Translations under genes and position numbers: made by a program
Part shown: one piece after another, positions 9,821 through 22,422 of the stretch
How the letters are laid out: the number at the start of each line of letters is the position of its first letter
How positions within the stretch are numbered: the stretch's first letter is position 1
Assembly: GCA_965235115.1 (NCBI GenBank)
Contig: OZ249436.1
Span: 35,466,001 to 35,530,000, forward strand
Reading direction: 5' to 3'
DNA: 64,000 bases
From: Laetmonice hystrix
Lineage: Eukaryota
Notes under the pieces: model-generated
What the model saw: only the letters and a program-made list of their open reading frames with translations
Database searches by the model: none
Told to the model about the DNA's origin: nothing

Positions 9821-11515
9821 TCACTGTGCCTGTAAATCAACTGAACTTGACCAGATCTGGCGGGCATCAGATAATATCTTGCCGAACACGTCGATTTCAA
9901 ACTTGCCGAGTTGCTTCCGAAATCCCCGGTTGGGGTCGATAATGGGGCGCCTCTCCTTGACGAATAAATAGGAATCTTTCAGCGACATCCGCCTAGTTAA
10001 CATAAGATAGGCAATCACCACAGTGGAACTGCGACTTGCTCCAAGGTTACAGTGTACTAGAACAATGCCCTTGTCGGCAATGGCATCCTGGATGAACTGT
10101 ATGGCAGCGGGTAGTTTGGATAGAATGTCAGCACCTGCCTCGTCGTTCACCTTAACATTGTGGTATTTTATTTTGTCCTCAAACGCATTAAAGTGTTCCT
10201 TTGTGATATTCACAATATGCGATATCTTAAGGTCCGTGACAATATTCTCATTGGCTGCTTGGTCCCCACGGCCCAGATATAGGTTGTGAAGAATTGCTGA
10301 GGGATATTGGACTAGAAGTTTCTGACGTTCTTTACCTGTGCAAACTACTCGATCATTACATAAAAACGGAAACGCCGTGTCAAAGGCTTCAAAGCCACCT
10401 TGAAGGATCATGGGCGCCACACGCTTACCCTGTAGGTGTTCCACTGTGACACTCAGGGTGCTTTCCGTGAGAGAATGGGTAAGTCCGTTGTTATCGTACA
10501 CCACGATCAGACTGTATTCATGAAGAGGCAGAAGTTGGTCGTTCCGGTCAAGCTCTTCCACATGATATGACGTGGTTATGTGGCTGTTCCGGTACAGCCC
10601 TTCGTCTCGTGTGTCTACAATCAACAGACACGACGGGTCGAACAGGTATGGACTGAGCTGTCCGTCGGCCATCTTGTTGTATAGCTGCGTCACTGATATC
10701 GTGCCGTCATCCTGTGTTAGAGACGCGCGGTCTGACGTGAAAGGTCCCAGAACACGACCTGACACTCGCCCCACTGAGGGTCCGTGACTAGAGCCAGCCG
10801 ACAGGGCTTCCATTGACGTCTGCGTTCCGTCAGCTTCTGATGAAGACGTCATGACGTTATCGAATGAAAACTTTGGGCGGTTAATCTCTCTGCAGGATTG
10901 TCCCAAAGCCTGTGTGGGAAGACGTGCATCTAATGGTAGGCCTATGGGAGGTAGGTTCCATCGGTTAGACAGAGCTACGTCAGCGGCAGGCCGTGCAGGT
11001 GGCGGAACCGGAACTGCAGACGCCGGCCCAATGCGGCAGCTACGTCCTCGCTTAACCTTTCGCTTGGTCACCTTTTCTCCAGTTTCCCCTTTGGGCTTGC
11101 AATCTTTACCTAAATCAGTGATTAAACCCGGAGAAATCTGACAATAAGGCCTAGGCATAATCTAGGCTTAGACTCTGGCATTAAAATGCAGTTTATGGAA
11201 GTTAAAATAGGGATAGACCTATCATCAAAAATGTAAGCTATAGGCCTAATACTCATAGGCCTACTTAATGAGAGCTTCTAATGAAGACCTTACACAATTA
11301 AGTTCTAGGAATATCAAATGTAGTAAAATGTCAGTTTATTTTAATAGGCTAAACTGTGCATGCAGGATGCTAGACCTAGACCGATAAGTCACGTACGTAT
11401 CTCAATACGTCGGTCTAGGCCTACTAAATACTGGTCTACAGGCCGGTTGTCATACCTTCAAGGTCGTCCTCCGCCGCGAAGAGTGTTTGACGCAAAGGAA
11501 CACGAGTGATTGCAT
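9821..11515 (-). CDS. STYXL1: STYXL1 (MK-STYX)-like rhodanese/CH2 plus dual-specificity phosphatase with an intact catalytic motif
   Basis: ORF 9821-11158 contains TQLYN..., LLIVDTR...SHITT, IVVYDNN, ILQGGFEAF, QYPSAIL..LYLG, DLKISHIVN, VLVHCNLGASRSSTVVIAYLM and PNRGF..QL..FE..VFG, collinear with STYXL1 as I recall it. Likely model: join(11515-11456,11137-9821), using AAG|gtatga and cttattgtcag|ATT, phase 0. Confidence 0.82.
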
Positions 11516-12853
11516 CTCCACCCTTATGAAAAGAAGATAAGTATATCGGAATTACCTCAGGTGTTTCTGAATAGGCTTAAAATGAAAACCTAGGCCTATA
11601 ACCTAATTATAAATCTCATAGAATAGGCTTATGTTCACGCTGTAGATTGATCACTTGCCGGGTACCTCCCTGTAGACTCTATCCTTCTGTTTGATCTAGG
11701 CTAAGTATGGGGAAATTCTTCAATGCCCTGGCTGTGAACAGACACCTCAATGTTTGAGAACTGTAAGGCCATAATGATGCTTACAGAGCCCTCTATGGGG
11801 CGCTCTGGGAGGTAGTCGCCAGCTGCGCCGTCTAGTGGAAATAAAGTAAAGTCGGAGCGAATCGAGCCGGATTTTTATCGAGGACGCCTAGCCTACACCT
11901 GACAACTTTACCGCTAGGCGGCGCCAGCGGTCTAGGTTGTAGCAGACATAAGAATTTGAAGCTCAGGCTTAAGGGTAAGGAGTCGTTTTACTGTATCGTT
12001 TTCAGCAGATGTGCGTAGAAAAATTGAAATGTACTTTCTGGTGTATAAAAACAAGAATTATCTTTTAACCCCCCTTTCAGCCTATGCACATTTTATTGGT
12101 AGTTTTGAACTAGCAGAAAAATATGGGCCTATAGTCGAAAGCTGTTAATTATGAAACGCTTCAGATTTGGAATGTCTGTTTGTATAGGCCTAATGTTTCA
12201 GATTTGGGATGTCTGTAAGACATTTTGAAACATTGTTCTTAGGCCTAAATGTAGACCGGCCCTAGGCCATAGCCTATACTTGTCGATTTTACACTGCTAT
12301 ATAATATGTTTTACTGGCCTACCGCATGTTGTTCAGCGTAGATCTATACCTCTGAAGACCTACCTGAGAATATTCTCCAACACTCGGTTTGCCCTCTCGT
12401 GTATCATCAGTGTATCCTTGGCCAGGTTCAAGGAGTCCCACCAGAGTTGGTCTCCTAACCGACCCATCGCCGAATGCCTTGCTTTCTGTTTGACCCATAC
12501 TAAGTCTAAGGCCTTAAAGTGCTCGTAAGCCAAGGGCGTGTATTATGCCAAATTGAATGACCTAGACTTTAGGCTATCAGGAGTGTAACCTCCAAAAGTA
12601 ATACTCAACTTCAGCGGTAGGTTTACTTGGTAGGCCTATATGACCTATCAATGTGATCCATTCTGAAACACTACCACAGTGGTTGTAGCATGGTGACCAC
12701 CTTTGGAGTCCTATAGTTGTCGGGGGGGTAGGCGTTCACGGTGTACGTATAGGCATGGGTGTTTGGTTTTATTGTGGCCTAGACCTATCTAGATGTCCGA
12801 CCTCTCGTGGCAATGATATTTAACAGTCTGAGCCAAGAATTAAGCCGGGTGTC

Positions 12854-13265
12854 CACTAAGCCGATTTTTTTGTCGGCGACAAAATGGTAATCGTATGGGC
12901 ATCGACCATTCCATGCATGCAGCATGGTCCCATGCACGGTTTCGTCATGTCCACTATACCACGATAATTCCTGTACGACGACGTCGGTTGGATGTCGTGC
13001 GAATGCCATTCAGCCCATTCTGATAGCTGCTCTTGAAATTTGAGGGTGCCCCCTTATCGTGTGACTTCTCACACGACGATTGTATTTATCCAATCTTGTC
13101 GGCGATGCCCCCCTCCCGACATTTTAGGAGCCACATGATTGTCGTGTGGAAATTCGTGTGACTTTGTCCACTCATTATGGTCCACTAAGACGATTTTTTA
13201 CACGAATCGCGGGCCTTTCGGCGATGCATCGCTGATGCCCACACGACGCGAAAATCGGCTTAGTG
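12854..13265. mobile_element. Non-autonomous DNA transposon (MITE)
   Basis: Perfect 15-bp inverted repeat CACTAAGCCGATTTT (12854-12868) / AAAATCGGCTTAGTG (13251-13265), with an internal partial copy near 13181. Confidence 0.7.
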
Positions 13266-13533
13266 CATAGTGCTGACTTTAAGGCTATACCAGTCAGGCT
13301 GGGCGAGTTCAGAACGTGTTGGCCCGGTAAAATTGGGTCAGATTGAGAAACACACTTCTTTTAAGAAATTTAGTAGGCCTACGAGTCAATCAGTAGCCTC
13401 GAAATCCTATGTCGTAGGGGGTGGGGGTGGGGGGTTCGCAGGACGCCGGTAGACTGTGTGCGTACATATAGGCCTAGTTCTGGCTCCAGTGCCAATAATT
13501 AAAAAGAACTGTTATCCCTTTACGACCTATAGC

Positions 13534-13788
13534 CAGTGGCGGATTTAGGGGGGGGGGGGCGCACGCGGCGCCCCCTTCCCCCCCCCCCCCACCTTATTTC
13601 CAGTCCCCTGCGAGAGAACTTATTTCAGCTAACTATACACCTGTGTCCCAGATGCCAGGAAAACGCATTTAGCTCTTTAATTTTCAATTTTTTCTCGAGG
13701 AGGACCCCCAGACTCCCGCTACAGGCTTTGGCGCTTGCGAGGTGGGCTACGCCCCCCCCCCCTTTCAAGAAATCCTGGGTCCGCTCGG
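13534..13788. mobile_element. MITE-like interspersed repeat (CAGTGGCGGAT...poly-G/poly-C type)
   Basis: Begins CAGTGGCGGATTTAGGGGG and ends CCCCC...AATCCTGGGTCCGC (degenerate TIRs). Similar G/C-tract elements occur near 4000-4305, 16201-16314, 31905-32090 and 35000-35070. Confidence 0.55.
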
Positions 13789-13918
13789 TTTCGCGTGTCA
13801 ATCAGTAACAGTAGGCCTAGGCTGCCTTAATTCGTATAAGCTAAGCTATGCCGAGGGTATGACTTATATACTCAACCAATATAGGCCTAAAGCCTATATA
13901 TATTTCTTGAAATATCCA

Positions 13919-14165
13919 CCTAAAGCCGGCTTTCCATGTGTACGCTTCCGTTAAGCCTGGGTTCCATGTGTATGTTTGCGTTACCCGTTTGCGTTATCCG
14001 TTTCTGATTCAATCACTTATGCCTATATTTCCTATATGGGAGCGTTTCTATATGTATCGGACTATGAAACGTAGGCCCGGACACGAAATGCTCCCATAGG
14101 AAATAGGCGTAAGCGATTGAATCAGAACGATAACGGGAACGTACACATGAAACCCCGGCTTTAGG
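13919..14165. mobile_element. Long-hairpin (palindromic) MITE
   Basis: CTAAAGCCGGCTTTCCATGTGTACGCTTCCGTTA pairs with TAACGGGAACGTACACATGAAACCCCGGCTTTAG. An inner arm TTCTGATTCAATCACTTATGCCTAT...GGGAGC pairs with GCTCCCATAGGAAATAGGCGTAAGCGATTGAATCAGAA. Confidence 0.8.
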
Positions 14166-16200
14166 GTGTAAACACCCATTTTACAGTGGAGAGCCTTCTC
14201 GCCAAGGCCCAAGGGCACGGAACCACGAAAGGTTCTTCGTTTTGCCGCCAGATGTCACTTAGCGTTCCCTGACTGCATTCGTGCGAACTATCATGGCCAA
14301 TTCGACATGAATGGAAACCTGCAAAGGCATTTCGACTCAGTAGGCCTATACTAACTCGTCAGTCTTCTGGTTAAAATGATTAGGCCTAATATATGATAGA
14401 CTCTGTTCATGTATTGTTAAATTTTCAATTTTACTGCCTTCAGATCTATATACCGGTCCGTGATTAAAAAGTCTGTCACTTAGTCCTTCAAACCTCGTTG
14501 TTCAAACTAAATTTCAAACAGCTCAGCATGTCCTATTCACAATGTGACAGAAACACGACCTGGTTTTGATAGGGCTGTTCTGTTATCGGTTGTTACCACC
14601 GACCAGTGCCATGTATAGACCTCTAGTACCTTTTTGGACTTATAGACCACTCAACCACTTCAGGAATAGACAGGTAAGTGGGGGACTAAGGTATATTATG
14701 CACGACACTGCCAGGCATAACGTATTTTTCTTCTATATCTCAGTTTTATCTTTCAAAAAAGCTTTAAAAATATGTATCTTTGCATCTTAGCTTCAATAAA
14801 GCTATCTTTCTATTGTCTATAGGCTAACCGAGAAGAGTTTTGGAAACGCTCATAGAATTATTAGAAGACGTACGGCCGACTTAAAATATTGGGAAAATAC
14901 GGACTCTCCCCTCCATAAACGTGGCAAAATGTGCAAATATCAGCAAGATGACGAAATGACACAGCGCTGAATAAAGTTCATAGAAATGCACGAGTCTATG
15001 GGGGGGGGGGGGGGGGGGAGGGTACCCAGTACGTGTACCTTATAGTCAATGTCGAAAGATGAGACATCATACATTAAATTACATGTCTATATGCTATACT
15101 TTTTTCAAAGTTATTAAATAAGGATATGATTTCACCTAAATGAGGCCACGATAATGTACTTTCATGTAGTTATATTTATATATCCTCTCACTACGAACTG
15201 ACGATATCGGAGAGTTTCATCAAACTTTGTTGGTCCCCTTGATTAGCTTGACGTGTGCGCGCCTCCCGCTGAAACCTGATCCATATTGCCATCATGCAAG
15301 ACACACACGTGATCTGCAGGCCATTCTAAGAAATAATATGCGATGCAGAAATGAATAAATTTACATGGATTTTGCATGCGAATAAGACAAAAGTCGATAC
15401 GCGTGCAAACAACTAGTCCCTTCAACGGTATAGGAAGATTCCGAGATGCCATTTTAGCCACTGGTTTCACACGTTCTTGTGTTGACTGAAAGGCATTTTT
15501 GTCTGGCAGAATTACTAGTGGTATCCCGCCTTGTAAGCCGGCGGCTGGCTGCCGGCTTGGAATACTAATTACTCTAGCCGCATCGATTTCCAATCGTAGT
15601 CACAAATCCTTTGTATTAAATACGAGAAAAAAAGCTAATGCTTTGTTTGACGAGATCGACGGCGCGAGATTTGCTTTCAAAACACAGATATATAGTTACA
15701 ACTCGACCTGACTTGTTTGGACAGGTGTTGTGGCAGCGTTACTTGACATGCTGCAATGAGACCGCACCTCTATGATGTCTACTAATATCGAGTTGTTGTC
15801 ATTGTACATTGGCTATGAGGGATTCTACTAACACGCCCGTTACCAATCAATGGAGGGCGGCCGTGCTTGATTGGGCCCGTCCGTGAACAGCGACAGCTCA
15901 CTGGGTGCGTGCGTCAGCAGCGGGTGGGGTGGGAGCCATAAAGGAGCTAGGTGTGGGGTGGTGGTGGTGGGAGGGGGGGGGGGGTAGGGTGTGTGTGTGT
16001 GTGTGGGGGGGGGGGGTGATCTCAGGGCTGATTAAAAACGCGGGAGTTGGGAAGGCCCGAGTTCGTCTGTCGTATTCTTATAGCTGTGTTCAGTATTGCC
16101 CTGTTCGCTATAGAAAGTTTAGGGAGGGTAGAGCCTATAGAGATATTGGTTACCACGGTCTGTAGGGAAAGGGGGTAACAAGCATCAACAACTTATATCA

Positions 16201-16309
16201 CCGGATCCAGGAGGGGGGGGGGGGGTCATTCGTCTAGTCCGAAATCTTTTCTTTTTTTCTTTTTTTTCTTTCTAAGGAGGTGCAACCCCCACAACCACCC
16301 TGGATCCGG
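16201..16309. mobile_element. Short MITE-like element
   Basis: Perfect 11-bp inverted repeat CCGGATCCAGG / CCTGGATCCGG enclosing G- and T-tracts. Confidence 0.55.
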
Positions 16310-16928
16310 CCCTGTCACGCCTCATTAGGGTTGAGTATGTGAACCTCACTCAGGGCCATGTAGGCACGTTATACAAAAATAACAGTTAGCTACAGATACG
16401 ATGATGGCTGATAAGTATTCATGCGTTTAGAAAGAAAGAAAGAAACTGAACGTTAATAAATCCCCATTGCCTGGTCCATTGGTCTCAAGCCTAAATGTAT
16501 GAAAGTAAGCTCAACTTTAAAATTGAGCGGATGTCAAAGTTCACTATAGTTAGGACGGGTGGGCGAAAACAATTGCCGGTACGGGGTGGACTGTTCATGT
16601 GGCGTGAACACCCGGTTCATGCGGCGTGAACACCCGGTTCATGTGGCCATATCGACGACCACGTGTACTTCGTGGCGGTGGCCCGAGGTGTGAATGTCAA
16701 CCGGAGCCAAGCGCCGCACGTGGCCGATGTCAACCGGCCGCGCGCCCCTGGCCGTGCAACCAATGGACACGTTTGAACAGCTTACGCTCATTTGCCTATC
16801 GATGAAAGGTGTAATCGTGTTGGCAAACAAACATTGTTTGCTTAAATTAAGGCGAGATAATGGCGAGCACGATTGTTAATATGATCTTAATGGAATCCCA
16901 TTGACGGGCCATGACGGGCAGCGTGTGC

Positions 16929-17079
16929 CGGCCAGGTTGTGGGGACGACCCTCGGCGTGGAGGGCGGCGGTCGCTAGCCTGGCTGGACTCGGGATGACAC
17001 CGAGGCCAGGTTGTGGGGACGACCCTCGGCGTGGAGGGCGGCGGTCGCTAGCCTGGCTGTAGCCTACTCGGGATGACAC
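16929..17079. repeat. ~74-bp direct duplication
   Basis: GGCCAGGTTGTGGGGACGACCCTCGGCGTGGAGGGCGGCGGTCGCTAGCCTGGCTG occurs twice in tandem. Confidence 0.9.
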
Positions 17080-17440
17080 CGATCTCCCTGGATAACATGG
17101 AGGTCATGTACGGGGTCATCCTGGGACAGGAACACGGGTAAACTTTGCGATCAAACGACAGTGTGTTATTTATAAATTTTAAAACCTCCTCCGGTTAGAT
17201 CCGTCTACATGCAGTGTTTTATATAGGCTTATGTCTAGTTTTAAACTGGTAGTCCTACTTTGTCTCCAATACACCCTGCCACTAAGGTAAACATCGATAT
17301 AGACTCTATAGCCTAAATTAACAATTTGCATCAGTAAGAAAACATGACAACCTTGAACAGCTGAGATATCCGCCACAACACCTGGTTTTTATGTAGAATC
17401 TCAGTACTTCAGGGATGCCTTCCCCTGCCACACCCCCAAC

Positions 17441-19425
17441 CGTGGGATGTATACGGCCAGGTCTGGGCCGGGGGTATAGGCAGCAGTGGGATGTACAGCC
17501 AGGTCTGGGCGGGGGCAGGGCAGCAGTGGGATGTACGGCCAGGTCTGGGCGAGGGCAGGGCAGCAGTGGGATGTACGGCCAGGTCTGGGCCGGGGATAGG
17601 GCAGTGGGATGTACGGCCAGGTCTGGGCCGGGGATAGGGCAGTGGGATGTACGGCCAGGTCTGGGCGAGGGCAGGGCAGCAGTGGGATGTACGGCCAGGT
17701 CTGGGCCGGGGGTAGGGCAGTGGGATGTACGGCCAGGTCTGGGCCGGGGGTAGGGCAGCAGTGGGATGTACAGCCAGGTCTGGGCCGGGGGTAGGGCAGC
17801 AGTGGGATGTACGGCCAGGTCTGGGCCGGGGATAGGGCAGTGGGATGTACGGCCAGGTCTGGGCGAGGGCAGGGCAGCAGTGGGATGTACGGCCAGGTCT
17901 GGGCCGGGGGTAGGGCAGTGGGATGTACGGCCAGGTCTGGGCCGGGGGTAGGGCAGCAGTGGGATGTACAGCCAGGTCTGGGCCGGGGGTAGGGCAGCAG
18001 TGGGATGTACGGCCAGGTCTGGGCCGGGGGCAGGGCAGCAGTGGGATGGACGGCCAGGTCTGGGCCGGGGACAGGGCAGCAGTGGGATGTACGGCCAGGT
18101 CTGGGCGGGGGCAGGGCAGCAGTGGGATGTACGGCCAGGTCTGGGCCGGGGGCAGGGCAGCAGTGGGATGTACGGCCAGGTCTGGGCCGGGGGTAGGGCA
18201 GCAGTGGGATGTACGGCCAGGTCTGGGTGGGGACAGGGCAGCAGTGGGACGTACGGCCAGGTCTGGGCCGGGGACAGGGCAGCAGTGGGATGTACGGCCA
18301 GGTCTGGGCGGGGGCAGTGCAGCAGTGGGATGTACGGCCAGGTCTGGGCCGGGGGTAGGGCAGCAGTGGGGTGTACGGCCAGGTCTGGGCCGGGGGTAGG
18401 GCAGCAGTGGGATGTACGGCCAGGTCTGGGCCGGGGGTAGGGCAGCAGTGGGGTGTACGGCCAGGTCTGGGCGGGGGTAGGGCAGCAGTGGGATGTACGG
18501 CCAGGTCTGGGCTGGGGACAGGGCAGCAGTGGGATGTACGGCCAGGTCTGGGCGGGGGTAGGGCAGCAGTGGGATGGACGGCCAGGCCTGGGTGGGGACA
18601 GGGCAGCAGTGGGATGTACGGCCAGGTCTGGGTGGGGACAGGGCAGCAGTGGGATGTACGGCCAGGTCTGGGCCGGGGGTAGGGCAGCAGTGGGATGTAC
18701 GGTCAGGTCTGGGTGGGGGCAGTGCAGCAGTGGGATGTACGGCCAGGTCTGGGCTAGGGACAGGGCAACAGTGGGATGTACGGCCAGGTCTGGGTGGGGA
18801 CAGGGCAGCAGTGGGATGTACGGCCAGGTCTGGGCCGGGGGGAGGGCAGCAGTGGGATGTACGGCCAGGTCTGGGCTAGGGACAGGGCAACAGTGGGATG
18901 TACGGCCAGGTCTGGGCGGGGGCAGGGCAGCAGTGGGATGTACGGTCAGGTCTGGGCCGGGGGTAGGGCAGCAGTGGGATGTACGGCCAGGTCTGGTCCG
19001 GGGGTAGGGCAGCAGTGGGATGTACGGCCAGGTCTGGGCCGGGGGTAGGGCAGCAGTGGGATGTACGGTCAGGTCTGGGCCGGGGGTAGGGCAGCAGTGG
19101 GATGTACAGCCAGGTCTGGTCCGGGGGTAGGGCAGCAGTGGGATGTACGGCCAGGTCTGGTCCGGGGGTAGGGCAGCAGTGGGATGTACGGCCAGGTCTG
19201 GGCCGGGGGTAGGGCAGCAGTGGGATGTACGGTCAGGTCTGGGCCGGGGGTAGGGCAGCAGTGGGATGTACGGTCAGGTCTGGGCCGGGGACAGGGCAGC
19301 AGTGGGATGTACGGCCAGGTCTGGGCCGGGGACAGGGCAGCAGTGGAATGTACGGCCAGGTCTGGGCCGGGGGTAGGGCAGCAGTGGGATGTACGGCCAG
19401 GTCTGGGTGGGGACAGGGCAGCAGT
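17441..19425. repeat. G-rich 38-41-bp minisatellite, roughly 50 copies
   Basis: Consensus GTGGGATGTACGGCCAGGTCTGGGCCGGGGGTAGGGCAGCA. Confidence 0.98.
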
Positions 19426-19620
19426 GTACCCGAGTGATCGACGTCACGCTCACCACAGTAATGGCGCTGCGCGGATATCATGAAGATTGCGACAGGAATT
19501 CGGCAAAACACTCTCCAGAATTTTTGTTTCAATTTGAAACTTTACCAGTTCCTTCTCAATATCATGACCAGGGATCCCAGGTAGCGATATAAGGTCATAT
19601 TTGGCAAAGTACTGGTTTAA

Positions 19621-20066
19621 AGGGAAATGTGAGTGTTCGAATCGACCACTAGAATTTTCAAAATATTTTATGGGGGATAGCCTTTGTCCTTAGGAGTACA
19701 AAGAAACCAAAAAATATCATATGTCACCGAATTAGATTTTTTTTATACAGGCCTCCGTAAAAAATGGGTCTTTACTATAGGTTTCAAACAAAAAAATTAC
19801 AGCCTGCCAAACAGTCAGTGCCTTGGTAAAACACGGGTCTTAACTATAGCATTCAATGGAGTTGACAGGTTCTGGCACACAGTTTGGTTCATCATTTAAA
19901 AAATACTACTGATTTCCACATCAAACTACTGCATAAAAAGTTGACTACATAAATAAGCCCAACATTTTTCTGTTAAAGCTCACTACGCGGCGCTTTGAAT
20001 ACTCACATTTCGCCCGTGGTACCAACGCGACTCACTAGGTGGCGCTTTGGACACTCACATTTCCCT
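19621..20066. mobile_element. Kolobok-like non-autonomous DNA transposon
   Basis: ttaa|AGGGAAATGTGAGTGTTCGAA ... TTTGGACACTCACATTTCCCT|ttaa: TIR of about 30 bp, TTAA on both flanks, purine (AG) termini. Confidence 0.85.
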
Positions 20067-20871
20067 TTAAAGGATTCATCTCACCCGCCGGAAAGGCCGG
20101 AATCTTCAATAGATTGCTCACCACTGACGTACTTTATGGCACTGAATGTTTTTCATATTGATTCTGTGAACACCTCCTATGAGTAGATAGAGCGAATGAA
20201 ATTATTCCTGGTGGAAAAGTGACAAAAAATAGCTGGAGTGCACTAACCCGATGAATGCCGCCCTTTTTGGCATGTCGCCGAATCGTTTGAACATTGTGTT
20301 GTTGTGGTGTAGATTCGAAACCTATTTTCGCTAGTATACAAATAATTTGAATAGGCAGCAGTGTACGTAGAAATATAAAAAAACAACTCTCGAGGTCTCG
20401 GAAGCCAAGTAGGTCATTTTCAGTGACTGAAATAAGATTTGGCGACTTTTTGAATGTATTTTACATAATACCCGCCAAGTTCACATCTAAAGGTAGGGGA
20501 GCTTTGGATCATATCGGAGAACCCCAATGCAGAGATATTGTTTGTGAAACGTTACGTAGGACTTGAAATTCGTGAGACAACCACTTTAAGTTAACTCACC
20601 TCATTTTGTGTAAGTATATGCTATCACACCCATGCAATGCGTAGACTTCTATAATAACGAGCCAAAATCTTCCCTCTGGTGCGCCACCCTTCATTCCATC
20701 CTCCGTTCTATCTTTAATTACGCCCTCTGTGTCACCCCTGCACATTTTATTCCCTTCCTCGAATTCACACATTGACTTGTAAAATATTACAAAGGGTATT
20801 TTTGACCCATGCATGCAATCCCCTGACCGGACTATCTAGGGGATTCTCATTCTCATTTTCGGCGTCCATGT

Positions 20872-20902
<31 letters not shown>

Positions 20903-20972
20903 GCAATTTGACGCAGAGTGATGAAAAGTAAATTGTGTCTCCAGAAACTCTAGGGAGGGGAGAGGGGAAGTT

Positions 20973-20989
20973 GTCTCCAGGGGGCGCTG
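20973..20989 (+). promoter_or_regulatory. CTCF-like motif
   Basis: GTCTCCAGGGGGCGCTG, close to the CCASYAGRKGGCRS consensus. Confidence 0.45.
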
Positions 20990-21879
20990 CCTGCTGCCCC
21001 CTCCTATGACCACGGTCCTGTATAGGCCGAACCCATGCAAACGCCCCGCTACCTCCCCCTCTTCCTTTTTGTCTGAGTTGTCGCCATGTCCATCGCCGCC
21101 TGTAAGCGTCAAACGAAAGACAAGTTCTGCTATACATGGTGTATGGTGATGATTCCCCATCCTGCGACCGCAGGCAGCAGTCATCAAAAATGGAGAGGCA
21201 ATGTGCGCGCCACCAGGCGGCTTCTGCTGTCATTACTAGCCGGCTCCGATCACATCTGGCCTGCGCGCTGGGACGCGACTAATGGAGGCTTGTCATAATC
21301 AATTAAGCCGTTGCCGTCTTGTTGCCGCTAAAGTGGAGTCAAATATCTTATCTTGCTACAGATCATAACAACAATAATTAAGCCGCTCACTCTCTGCATA
21401 TTAATTACGGCGTTGTGCTAGTCTGATGATTTAACAATGGGATCCATAACGCGAATATTAGTGCTCGCCTCAGTGAGTCGCGCATGACCGGCGGCGCCAT
21501 GTTGAGCCATTCATTTCTCATTTAGCTGCGCACACCGATTCATAACATTGAATTAATGCGCACGTCTGCTGGGAGTTCTGTCGCTTGCCTTCGGCCATTC
21601 GATGCCAATTTCATCGGACACTGATTTGTAACACTCGCACAACATTTCATTACACCCTAAGATTTAGAAGGTAGCTTCAAGAGGTGGAAGTATTGGTGTT
21701 GGTTACGGTTGTAGGTGTTTTAGCGGCAGAACGGATTGGAATTGTAGAAAAGAGATAAGATTCTGACTTGATTACCACATGGCAATCTGAGTACATGTAC
21801 ATGAAGATAGCTCTGCCCCGCCGCCCGGCCATGACTGATTGACAATTAGTAATTCTTCAGGCATCTGGCGCCCAGATCC

Positions 21880-21898
21880 GCACGCCCCCTGGTGGAGC
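21880..21898 (-). promoter_or_regulatory. CTCF-like motif
   Basis: Minus strand reads CTCCACCAGGGGGCGTGC. Confidence 0.5.
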
Positions 21899-22422
21899 AC
21901 TCATAAAGTCGACATTGAAATGGTAAATGACTGGATGCCAGCGGGAGATTCAAAACTTTTGTGGCTTAATTTAGGAGTCGTTCTGAAAATACCCACCATT
22001 AGTAATTTTGTAAGATAAAAAAACTATAAACAAAATTATGTGAATCTGCAGACTGTTTCGGGTAAAGATATAGCCAAGGTTGAAGCTATACGTTCCTCTG
22101 TTTCTGACATAGGGTATACGGCTGATCTTACTTTGAACTGACAAATTGATTGTCAAGCAGCAATTGTGAATAGGCCTATATCCTTTTATGGTTGTTTCTT
22201 GTTTTTGTTTCGTTGGGAAGTATTAAAAATTAACTTTTATATTATGAATAGACAAAGGGGGGGGGGGGGGTTCCATTTAAATGGTCGTAAGTCTGGGTTA
22301 TCGACAAAAGCAGATCTTGACAGGTGAGGGTGAAATGTTGACCAAAATCTCTTAATAGCGTATATTTGAATTGTGAAAATCCTTCTTCCATACGTGACCG
22401 AAAGGGGTGGAAATTCTCAGAG

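Noticed and set aside
17415..19532. Many Gly-rich ORFs
   Set aside because: Products of a 38-41-bp minisatellite that cycles through frames; no coding signal.
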